64,000 nucleotides of DNA from a virus: IMG/VR virus record IMGVR_UViG_3300022751_000016, positions 64,001-128,000 of that record; one strand, given 5' to 3'. Positions 38,254 through 46,345 of this stretch are shown here, one piece after another. Positions within the stretch are counted from its first letter, which is position 1; each line of letters begins with the position of its first letter. The notes beneath the pieces are model-generated. The model searched no databases. It saw only the letters and a program-made list of their open reading frames with translations, and was not told where the DNA came from. The translations under genes were made by a program, and so were the position numbers.

Positions 38254-39534
38254 ATGGAAATAAACAAAACAAGGTTATTAGAAATTTACGCTCACGAAGA
38301 AACTATTACTGCTGCGGCTAAAAAATTAGCAGAAGAAACAAATCAGGAGTTTAATGATTCTTTTCGAAGACGATGTAGTACTTTGATAAACAGAGAGAAC
38401 GTTGATAGTGATTTGGAGAATGAGGTTAAATCTGATAGCAACAACTATTCTAACGATAAAGAAAAATCCCCTAAAGGGTTTACAGCTATTGGTGATGATA
38501 ATAAGTTAATGAATATCGAACAGTACTGCCAACACTATGGTTTAGATGTAAATAAGATTAGGAGTTATAAATTAATTTCTCACAGTGGTATTCCCTTCTA
38601 TAATGTGGTTTTCTATACCGCAGAAGAGGAGGCTGTCTCTAATATAAATGAGCATTTAGATGAAATTATCTCTAAATACATACAACCTGTTAAGTCAGAA
38701 ATTACACAATATAGTTTCCATGCTTCGGATTGGTTTGACCGTTTAGTATTTTCTGATGTCCATATTGCTATGGATGTTAATGGTGGAGGCGACCCCCTTT
38801 ATGACGGAAAATGGGACAAAGCGGAATTATTCAGAAGATTGGAAATAATGATTCAACATACTAAAAATCATCAAAAATCAAACTTATTAGTCATAAGTAA
38901 TCTGGGGGATTATATGGATGGATTAGGTGGTGAGACAACTAGAAAAGGACATGAGTTACCTCAAAATATGAATGATAAAGAAGCTTTTGACTTAGGTATA
39001 GAATTTAGTTTAAAACTAGTTGATTCTCTAGTTGACGATTATGAAGAAATAAGATATAATTTTTTAGTAGAGGATAATCATTCGGGAATATTCAGTTATT
39101 TTGTGAGTCAAGCTATAAAAGGTATTTTAGAAGTAAGATATCCACAAAAAGTGTCTGTAAAAACCCAAAAGAAATTTATAGACCATTTCAAAATTGGTAA
39201 GCACACTATAGTAGAAACTCACGGTAAAGATTCAATAGCTTTAAAATTTGGCTTTCGCCCACATTTAGATGATAAACAAGCTAAAAAAATAGACCACTAC
39301 TTAAAAGAGAACGGCTTATATGATGGTAATTTTATAGAGTTTTCTAAGGGAGATTCACATTTGGCTCTTTTTGATGAGAGTACCAGTACAGATTTTCACT
39401 ATTATAATTATCCTGCTTTTTCACCTCCTTCAAATTGGGTAAAATCTAATTTCTCCAACACAAAATCAGGATTTAGATTTTTCAATATTAAAAAAGATGA
39501 AAATATAAAAAATCATTTTCCTTATTGGTTTTAA
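38254..39534 (+). CDS. Calcineurin-like metallophosphoesterase with N-terminal extension
   Basis: SDVH, LGDYMDG, DNH, THG, GDSH. Confidence 0.85.
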   Translation: MEINKTRLLEIYAHEETITAAAKKLAEETNQEFNDSFRRRCSTLINRENVDSDLENEVKSDSNNYSNDKEKSPKGFTAIGDDNKLMNIEQYCQHYGLDVNKIRSYKLISHSGIPFYNVVFYTAEEEAVSNINEHLDEIISKYIQPVKSEITQYSFHASDWFDRLVFSDVHIAMDVNGGGDPLYDGKWDKAELFRRLEIMIQHTKNHQKSNLLVISNLGDYMDGLGGETTRKGHELPQNMNDKEAFDLGIEFSLKLVDSLVDDYEEIRYNFLVEDNHSGIFSYFVSQAIKGILEVRYPQKVSVKTQKKFIDHFKIGKHTIVETHGKDSIALKFGFRPHLDDKQAKKIDHYLKENGLYDGNFIEFSKGDSHLALFDESTSTDFHYYNYPAFSPPSNWVKSNFSNTKSGFRFFNIKKDENIKNHFPYWF

Positions 39535-39554
39535 TTACACAAAAAGTAATCAAT

Positions 39555-39585
39555 TTTGTAGTGTGAAGATAGTGTTGTATATTGC
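39555..39585 (+). promoter_or_regulatory. Variant promoter TTTG-N19-TATATTGC
   Basis: Near-consensus, ahead of kissing-loop copy 3. Confidence 0.55.
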
Positions 39586-39590
39586 ACTTG

Positions 39591-39699
39591 TTAATTTCTT
39601 GCTGCGAACACTAAATTAATTTATAAAGTATTATTTTTTTTGAGAAGCTTCTTTCATTAACTATTCGCAGTAGTTTTTGTTAGAAGTTTTCTTATTTTT
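39591..39699 (+). ncRNA. Kissing-loop RNA element, copy 3
   Basis: Loop CTGCGAA (39602-39608) is complementary to loop TTCGCAG (39664-39670). Confidence 0.65.
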
Positions 39700-39707
39700 A
39701 AATAGTT

Positions 39708-39833
39708 ATGTGTCAAACAAAAGTATGTACAAAATGTGGGATAGATAAATCCACCTCAGAATTCAGTTACCATAATACAGCTAAGGATAACTTATATAAA
39801 AAATGTATCTACTTTATAAACAATGAGGACTGA
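39708..39833 (+). pseudogene. Truncated endonuclease remnant (Zn-finger N-terminus MCQTKVCTKCGIDKSTSEF...)
   Basis: 41-aa ORF translated by hand; K.C.KCG..K...EF pattern typical of phage HNH/endonuclease VII N-termini, no nuclease domain follows. Confidence 0.6.
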
Positions 39834-40023
39834 AAAAGCATTAGAAATATACCTAAACAAAGAATAATTATGAATCAAATTACAATAAACGGACAACTTT
39901 ACATAGTTCCAGAAGAAGTAGCAGAACACATAGAAGATTTAAGAAGTAGATTGGATACAGTTAAAGAAGGTACAGATAATATTATAAAAATATTGGAGAA
40001 ATATACAAAATAAAGCGAAGTAC

Positions 40024-40296
40024 ATGAAAATACAAGAAATTCTAATAGAAGGTGTACACGAATACACGTTAATAACAGAAGGCGAAACAGTTAAACTTTA
40101 TTATTCAACAGCAGAGCATTGGAGTGAACCTAACACTGAAGTTATGTCATTGGAGGACACTGGAGACTATTATAAAATATCGCCGCTAAGAAAGAAAAAT
40201 CAAATCGATTATCAAGAAGCTGAAATGCTTTATATTTTATTAGCTGTTCTAAAAGAAGTTAAGATTGAGGTGGTGGAGACTAAAAAAGAAATATAA
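40024..40296 (+). CDS. Hypothetical protein
   Basis: ORF track. Confidence 0.75.
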   Translation: MKIQEILIEGVHEYTLITEGETVKLYYSTAEHWSEPNTEVMSLEDTGDYYKISPLRKKNQIDYQEAEMLYILLAVLKEVKIEVVETKKEI

Positions 40297-40649
40297 TGAT
40301 TGAATTAATAGATGGAATTAATTTCCACAATTTCATGTTAGATAGTAAACCTAAATCTTGGTTTAAGAAAGGCAGAGAAGAAACTGTTGATAACTGGATT
40401 AAAAGAGTAGCTTACCAAGGTAAGTCTAATTTTCTTAGTGAGAGTAAATGGAGACAGAGTAATAAATATTGGATTAATAGTAGTGTTGAAATATCTCTTT
40501 CTGTTTTAACTTTTCTCGGCGAAAATAATATGGAAAAAGAAACTCTGGAAGATTTAGTAGGTTTTGAACTTAATCTAAAAGGGTCTTATGATTGGAAGCT
40601 AAGTGAGATTAGGAGATTAGAGTTGATATTAAATAAGAAGTTGTTATAG
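40296..40649 (+). CDS. Degenerate XRE/HigA-like protein
   Basis: W...S..I.L.VL..L....M....L ... LKG...W.LSEI..LE..L. Confidence 0.45.
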   Translation: MIELIDGINFHNFMLDSKPKSWFKKGREETVDNWIKRVAYQGKSNFLSESKWRQSNKYWINSSVEISLSVLTFLGENNMEKETLEDLVGFELNLKGSYDWKLSEIRRLELILNKKLL

Positions 40650-40653
40650 AAAG

Positions 40654-40684
40654 AAAGCTAGAGGAAATTAATCTTCTAGCTTTT
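40654..40684. terminator. Bidirectional terminator at the convergence of the two transcription blocks
   Basis: AAGCTAGAGG/CTTCTAGCTT hairpin flanked by A-run and T-run. Confidence 0.85.
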
Positions 40685-40690
40685 GTTGTT

Positions 40691-41014
40691 TTATTCAGGT
40701 ATTTCCATCCATCTCGTTACTATTTCATGTGTTTTTCTTCCTCCCCTACAATACCATTTTTCATTAAGGTACACTCCTAATTTACGTTCATACCATTCAA
40801 GATTATCTATGTCCTCTAAATAACAAAGGACTGTCATATCCTCTTCAGGGAGCTTATCTTTTGTATTATACCATCTAGGTTCAGCTGCTTTATATCCCGC
40901 TAAAAAATCACTCTTACTCTGTAATATATCTATAGCATATATTTCATCATCTATAACATCTCCATATAAATATTCTAAATATTCCTGAAATGCTTTCTCT
41001 TTATTTAAACTCAT
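40691..41014 (-). CDS. DUF551-like protein
   Basis: WYNTKDKLPE ... VTRWMEIPE. Confidence 0.7.
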   Translation of the reverse strand: MSLNKEKAFQEYLEYLYGDVIDDEIYAIDILQSKSDFLAGYKAAEPRWYNTKDKLPEEDMTVLCYLEDIDNLEWYERKLGVYLNEKWYCRGGRKTHEIVTRWMEIPE

Positions 41015-41255
41015 CTAACATCGTTTTTAATTTGTTTTCTACTTCTTGCCAAAAATGTATATTACCATTTGAATCTACATCCCACTTTAAATCGTTTATC
41101 AGAAAGTTTAGCATTTCCTCCACAACTATTAAAGAATTCTCTATTGCTTGTTCTAGCATCCAATCATCTGAATTAGGTTCGTCATTGTAACAATCCCAAT
41201 AATCCGTTTTATATGGTTTGTTTAGTAGCTCTTTTACTTTTTTATCTACGTTCAT
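41001..41255 (-). CDS. Hypothetical protein
   Basis: Packed ORF. Confidence 0.7.
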   Translation of the reverse strand: MNVDKKVKELLNKPYKTDYWDCYNDEPNSDDWMLEQAIENSLIVVEEMLNFLINDLKWDVDSNGNIHFWQEVENKLKTMLDEFK

Positions 41256-41629
41256 TACTTACTATAATTAAATTCAATATCTTTATTATACATTGCTTCA
41301 AATATTTTATCCGCAGTTTCTTCTCTAAGGCACACATTCATAGCATCATCGAACTGTTGGCTAATTTTAGTAATCTTACCTTTTGAATCTGTTACTCTTA
41401 ATGTAATGTTAGGTCTTGGGCTTATTAAAGTTGCGGGTTTACCTCTTTCATTTAATCCAAAGATTATCTGTTTTGTTTCATCTCCGTCTTTCATGTACCT
41501 TACATCTAATCCACCCTCAACCATAGTGCTATAATCATTTATATTATTTGGAACATATTTTCCATCTACATATCTGTATGACTTATATCCTAAATCTTCT
41601 ACTAAGTACTTTGTTAAATGTTTATTCAT
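41255..41629 (-). CDS. Hypothetical protein
   Basis: Packed ORF. Confidence 0.75.
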   Translation of the reverse strand: MNKHLTKYLVEDLGYKSYRYVDGKYVPNNINDYSTMVEGGLDVRYMKDGDETKQIIFGLNERGKPATLISPRPNITLRVTDSKGKITKISQQFDDAMNVCLREETADKIFEAMYNKDIEFNYSK

Positions 41630-41913
41630 TTCAATTTATTTTGTAATTCCTGTAATATGTAAATATAAGCTTTATAAGACGTTGTTTTTTCGTAATTAAC
41701 TGTCTTAGCTAATTTAGGAGTTTCTTCATTAGAAAGCTCTGAACGATACTTATTTAAAGTGTCTAAGATTAATTTGTTTACTAGTTTTTCTTTCGCTGCG
41801 AAACCAGCCTTAAAAGCATCTTCAATATGCATCTCTTCTGTCCAAGTTAAGTCTTCATAGCTTTTATTTCTTATGTATTCTTCTGCTAGATTATTTATAT
41901 CTGTCTTTTTCAT
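41626..41913 (-). CDS. Hypothetical protein
   Basis: Packed ORF. Confidence 0.7.
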   Translation of the reverse strand: MKKTDINNLAEEYIRNKSYEDLTWTEEMHIEDAFKAGFAAKEKLVNKLILDTLNKYRSELSNEETPKLAKTVNYEKTTSYKAYIYILQELQNKLK

Positions 41914-42202
41914 TCTTTATTTGGTTTTTCATCTCTTCTTGTAAAGCGTCATTATACATCTTACAAGGACTGCACTTTTCATTACCACAATTATAAAAAC
42001 TCATTATATCCACTGTACCAACTGTAACACATCCTCTAACACCTTTTATGATTCGTGGTGAAGGTAAGTCTTTAAAAACAGACTCCACTATAGAATTCCA
42101 ATTAAATACCCCTGCTTCATCTGACAACCATCCAATATGCTCTGCGTAACCTTCTTCTAATTTACTTTTCTTTTTCATATAGTCTATTTCTATTAATGCC
42201 AT
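41891..42202 (-). CDS. Hypothetical protein
   Basis: Packed ORF. Confidence 0.7.
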   Translation of the reverse strand: MALIEIDYMKKKSKLEEGYAEHIGWLSDEAGVFNWNSIVESVFKDLPSPRIIKGVRGCVTVGTVDIMSFYNCGNEKCSPCKMYNDALQEEMKNQIKNEKDRYK

Positions 42203-42371
42203 CTCTATTGCTTTTTTGTTTTTTACGCCGAAATGTTTAAAGTGATTAAGATTATGATAAGCAGGTACTTGTATAAATATCTCCCATCCATATTTATGGA
42301 GTAAATTTAGTACTTTATAAAATGGGATGCCTTTAAAATCTGCTTTTTACATCAGTTCCTTAATACCTTCG

Positions 42372-42779
42372 TTATTTTCTTTTGTCTTTTTCATTAATTC
42401 TTGGTTCTTCGCCTTCTAGGTGTGTTATAATGTAAGTTTTATCAGGTTGAATATTTCCCAATCTATAATAGCCAACATCTTCTCTTTTTATTGACGCGGC
42501 ATCTTTTTCACAAATTATGTAAAATTCAGGAAATACACTTTTATTCTCTTTGAAGAATTCTATACCTCTCTCATTATAACTGATTCTTAATCTTGATTTA
42601 GCTACTTTCTTATGATTTTTAATTACCTCAATTAATTCTTCTTTTATCGCACCAGAATTATTCTTAACTAAGTTATAATATTCCCAAAACACATTAGCTG
42701 AACTAAATGATAAGTTTTGATACAGAGTAAAATATTTAAACTTCTGTTCTGTATATTGTTTTTCGTAAGTTATTTTCAT
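42372..42779 (-). CDS. Hypothetical protein
   Basis: Packed ORF. Confidence 0.7.
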   Translation of the reverse strand: MKITYEKQYTEQKFKYFTLYQNLSFSSANVFWEYYNLVKNNSGAIKEELIEVIKNHKKVAKSRLRISYNERGIEFFKENKSVFPEFYIICEKDAASIKREDVGYYRLGNIQPDKTYIITHLEGEEPRINEKDKRK

Positions 42780-43258
42780 GGCTTTATAATTGTTATTTCT
42801 TTATTTTGTTTTCGCGCATATTTTACACAATTTCCTGTACCTCCGTCTGTTTCATCCCACACCGCGATAACATAGTCTGATTTATCAACCATCCAAATAT
42901 TTCTAACCTGCATAAGGTACGGCTTATAATCTTCATCAGTAACCAAAACTACTTCGTCACTCTTATCACAAACCTCTTGCCATAAATCTCTAGATTCTTT
43001 ATTCCACTTATTTGGATGATTTCTACAAGGTATAGCCGATATAAGTTTTATATGCGGATATTTTTCTTGTAGTTTTAAAACTATTTTGGCTGACCACAAG
43101 TCAATTCCTAAAGCTAATCCATTTATAAAGGTATCTACTTTGTGTTCTTCAATGTGTCTTACAATTTCTGTGTGTAATCTCCATAACAAATCTCTATTGT
43201 CTTCTGCATTATAACCTTTTAATTTATTTGGTCTGTGACCCGTGAAGCATGTTGTCAT
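42776..43258 (-). CDS. SLOG superfamily protein, YspA/DUF1273-like
   Basis: FTGHRP, GLALGIDLW, RNIWMVD, AVWD...GGT..CV.YA. Confidence 0.9.
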   Translation of the reverse strand: MTTCFTGHRPNKLKGYNAEDNRDLLWRLHTEIVRHIEEHKVDTFINGLALGIDLWSAKIVLKLQEKYPHIKLISAIPCRNHPNKWNKESRDLWQEVCDKSDEVVLVTDEDYKPYLMQVRNIWMVDKSDYVIAVWDETDGGTGNCVKYARKQNKEITIIKP

Positions 43259-43550
43259 TGTTGTATATTTCGTTAGCTTTTTCTATTGCGGCATTTATAG
43301 CATTAATTCTATTTTCTTGAAATTGACTACATTCAGTTCTAACATCATTTTGTAAAATATAGGAATCAAATGTTTCATCAATACATATTAAAACTCCTAT
43401 GTAAATCCCAACTGAATCAAAGAAATCAATTATTAAAGCATTTTTACAAGTATCTGATAAACTATGGTAATTTTTATACTCTTCTATTGGCGTATTTCTT
43501 TCAAAGAACCACATTCCAAAATCTTCATTACATTTACCTGTCAATTTCAT
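43224..43550 (-). CDS. Hypothetical protein
   Basis: First gene after promoter. Confidence 0.75.
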   Translation of the reverse strand: MKLTGKCNEDFGMWFFERNTPIEEYKNYHSLSDTCKNALIIDFFDSVGIYIGVLICIDETFDSYILQNDVRTECSQFQENRINAINAAIEKANEIYNNDNMLHGSQTK

Positions 43551-43569
43551 ATATTAAGTTTTTATCCCA

Positions 43570-43601
43570 CAAATATAATGAAAAAATTCCCAAATGACAA
43601 G
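43570..43601 (-). promoter_or_regulatory. Promoter CTTG-N20-TATATTTG (minus strand)
   Basis: CAAATATA 43570-43577, CAAG 43598-43601. Confidence 0.7.
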
Positions 43602-43619
43602 ACAAATGGGAATTAATTT

Positions 43620-44435
43620 TTAAAATAATTTTATAACTTCTAAATTCTCTGCTTTTGAAGCTCCTCCACCATCTTTATGAAGAATTGGGAAATACTCTTC
43701 ATATTTAGAATTAGTAGTAAATACTTTATCGAATAAAGTGAATAATTCAGGATTAGGATTAGGTACTGTTAAATGACTCACTGCTAAATATAATTTTCCA
43801 ATATTTCTTTCTCTAAGCATTTTTGCCAGTCCTACGAATGTTCCTCCATAAACTGAAATGTCATCAATAATTAAAATATCTTTACCTTCAAAATCTTGTC
43901 TGTCAATTACTTGGACTAACTTGGATTTTCCTTCTTCATATTTTCTACTTTTTGATGCTCCATAAACTTCTCCTCTCCATTTCAGTTTATCCGCTAATTT
44001 CATGAGAGGTTTAAAACCTCCTGCATCACTAGAAAATAATACTGTATCTTGTGTAAAAGTTTCAGTTCTTATTTGCTTGAAAACTTCTTGTATAAACTCA
44101 CTATTATCTATAATCTCTACATTATCCATCAAAGCTTCTACAACTTCTCCATTATGAGGATGAAAAATCTTAAAGTTAGCTTCTAGATTGTTTAAAAATT
44201 TCAACACTAACTTCAAACCGCTAGACTCTCCTTTATTAAATCTTCTATCTGCCTGTGCATCAATTAAATTAGGAATGATGATGTTCGGTCTGATTCCGTT
44301 ATGTTCACTACGAAAGGCATCAACAAATTGATTTAAGTGCCACAGGTCTTCATAACTGTTTATTCTAAAAACTTGTTCACCTAATTTCGTACTATTAATA
44401 CAACTTGTTCCGTCTGGGTATTTATTTAAGTGCAT
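43620..44435 (-). CDS. prs: Ribose-phosphate pyrophosphokinase-like protein (probable NARP1 Adps)
   Basis: YPDG, QADRRF, HPH, SDAGG, K.R, IIDDISVYGGT, LAVSH. Confidence 0.88.
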   Translation of the reverse strand: MHLNKYPDGTSCINSTKLGEQVFRINSYEDLWHLNQFVDAFRSEHNGIRPNIIIPNLIDAQADRRFNKGESSGLKLVLKFLNNLEANFKIFHPHNGEVVEALMDNVEIIDNSEFIQEVFKQIRTETFTQDTVLFSSDAGGFKPLMKLADKLKWRGEVYGASKSRKYEEGKSKLVQVIDRQDFEGKDILIIDDISVYGGTFVGLAKMLRERNIGKLYLAVSHLTVPNPNPELFTLFDKVFTTNSKYEEYFPILHKDGGGASKAENLEVIKLF

Positions 44436-44886
44436 CTTTCAAATCTTTTTTTAATTCTGTTAAATTTTTATATAAGGGTATTCTATATTTATCACAAACA
44501 ATTTGGATATTTCCACTTCTGTAGAATTTATCAGGACAGCAAACTAATAATTTACCGCTTTTTGCGAAAAGCCCTAACTCCAATAAAGTTATTGGTGATT
44601 TACTATCAGGTAATAAATTCAAAACAATATAATCAGCTCTTTCTAAAGCATCTAATTCCCAATTTACTTGTTGATAAAATTGCGGATTCTCGTACTTTTG
44701 TTCCCAACTACTATCCCAAGACTCTCTCCTTGGATTATAAAAAGAAAGTCTAGTATATTCGCTGAAATATTTAGTAAATTCTGTTTGCCAATCTTCACTA
44801 TTTCCCATATCAATAGTTCCTGCTAAAAATATGGAAAGTTGTACCTTTCGCTCTTCTATTTGATTTGGCGGTGTAAATACTCTCAT
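44422..44886 (-). CDS. Nucleoside 2-deoxyribosyltransferase-like protein
   Basis: IFLAGTI...WQ, NPRR, QVNWE, SPITLLELG, RSGN. Confidence 0.85.
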   Translation of the reverse strand: MRVFTPPNQIEERKVQLSIFLAGTIDMGNSEDWQTEFTKYFSEYTRLSFYNPRRESWDSSWEQKYENPQFYQQVNWELDALERADYIVLNLLPDSKSPITLLELGLFAKSGKLLVCCPDKFYRSGNIQIVCDKYRIPLYKNLTELKKDLKDALK

Positions 44887-45605
44887 AACTCTATTTTTCT
44901 TATTACTTTACTTGTATCTTGTTTTATCACTAAATGTTGAAATCTGTCATAGAATTTAGAATCTTCTGCCCTATATTCATAAATAAACCAACCGTGTTTT
45001 TGTAACTCTTTTATATCTTCCTTAGTAAACCACTGATATAAATCTTCTAATGTCGGAACTGCCGATAACCACCCTACTAACTCTTGGTCAAAATCCATTT
45101 TAAGCTCCGCATTAGCACAAAAATTAAACCTATCGTGAATTAATCCTGTAAAATTTCCATCAAATTGATACCATAAACCCTGCTTAGTTTCTTCATTACA
45201 AACTCTGTAAAATGTATTTTTCTTTACTTCTGAAACTAGTTTTGTTAAAGTGTAATACGTTTCTCGAATCGAACTCCTGTCATCAATGTATATATTCGCG
45301 TATAACTTTCTATTTCCTCTAACACCGTAAGGAGCATCTTCATTTATTGAATGATAGGGTATATTATTTTCCGCCAAAAAAGATTTAATAAAAACTGTAT
45401 CTTGATTGCCTGTCCACATAATAATGTAGCAACCAATATCATATAAATCTCTTACTAGTTGTCTAACCATTTCATACGATTCTCCTGTTCCATGAAAGTC
45501 GAAAACAGTGTCGTCTACATCGACTGCGACGATTAAGCTTCCGTATTTATTGTATTCCGCCCAGAGTCTTTCATAGGCTGAATTTTCTTTTAAATATTTA
45601 TCCAT
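44883..45605 (-). CDS. HAD-family phosphatase fused to an unknown C-terminal domain
   Basis: AVDVDDT, WT, K.YANIYIDDR; second domain FYRV...GLWY...WLS...WF. Confidence 0.75.
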   Translation of the reverse strand: MDKYLKENSAYERLWAEYNKYGSLIVAVDVDDTVFDFHGTGESYEMVRQLVRDLYDIGCYIIMWTGNQDTVFIKSFLAENNIPYHSINEDAPYGVRGNRKLYANIYIDDRSSIRETYYTLTKLVSEVKKNTFYRVCNEETKQGLWYQFDGNFTGLIHDRFNFCANAELKMDFDQELVGWLSAVPTLEDLYQWFTKEDIKELQKHGWFIYEYRAEDSKFYDRFQHLVIKQDTSKVIRKIEL

Positions 45606-46345
45606 TAGTCTGTGATTTCTATTTTATAGTTATACATTGCGTGATGACATTCTATGGAAATTAAAGTTTTCCACTCGTCCGCTACTTCTTTTATATACTT
45701 TTCTTTTGCTGTTTTATAAGCTTGAAATGCCTCCTCTGGGGTGTTAAAACGTCCTAAATCTACATATTCTTCTTTCTTATGAAACCTCGCTTTGTATTTT
45801 TTATCTGCCTTAGTAACTCCAATTGGGTATTTTCCTCGAACCTTGTTACTTTTTACAAACAAAGAGTTTATTTCGTGAGGTACAAAGCAACATGTTTCCT
45901 GAGAATAAAAAATATTCCCTTTGACAAAAATGTCTTTATCTAATTCCCATCCTTGCATATAAGGTTTCCAATTATCTTCATACCACTTAGCAAAATTCTG
46001 AAAACATTTCCAGTCTTCAATAACAAAACAATTTTTATAAGTTTGGTAATTTTTCTGATACTTGTCACTATAACTCCTTTGTAATATGCCAGCCCACTTT
46101 TTGTATATTTCAGGATGTGTTTTGTTTGTATATTTACCAACCCCTAAATAACCAACTCCGTACACAGAAGGATGATTGGGATTTTTTACAACTCCCTCTT
46201 TAATGTGCCCATATTGAATATTTTTTAATATTACTCCATCTTCAAATTGTACAGCACAGTTGTTGCATCCAAAGTATTCAATGATTTCCATTTTGAGACC
46301 TTGCTTGTTAATATACACCTTTCCTACTTTGTTGTTATATCTCAT
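45605..46345 (-). CDS. HNH-type homing endonuclease with C-terminal AP2-like domain
   Basis: W..FQNF..W, LDKD...GN..YS..TCCFVP..IN; LGRFNTPEEA..AY. Confidence 0.85.
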   Translation of the reverse strand: MRYNNKVGKVYINKQGLKMEIIEYFGCNNCAVQFEDGVILKNIQYGHIKEGVVKNPNHPSVYGVGYLGVGKYTNKTHPEIYKKWAGILQRSYSDKYQKNYQTYKNCFVIEDWKCFQNFAKWYEDNWKPYMQGWELDKDIFVKGNIFYSQETCCFVPHEINSLFVKSNKVRGKYPIGVTKADKKYKARFHKKEEYVDLGRFNTPEEAFQAYKTAKEKYIKEVADEWKTLISIECHHAMYNYKIEITD

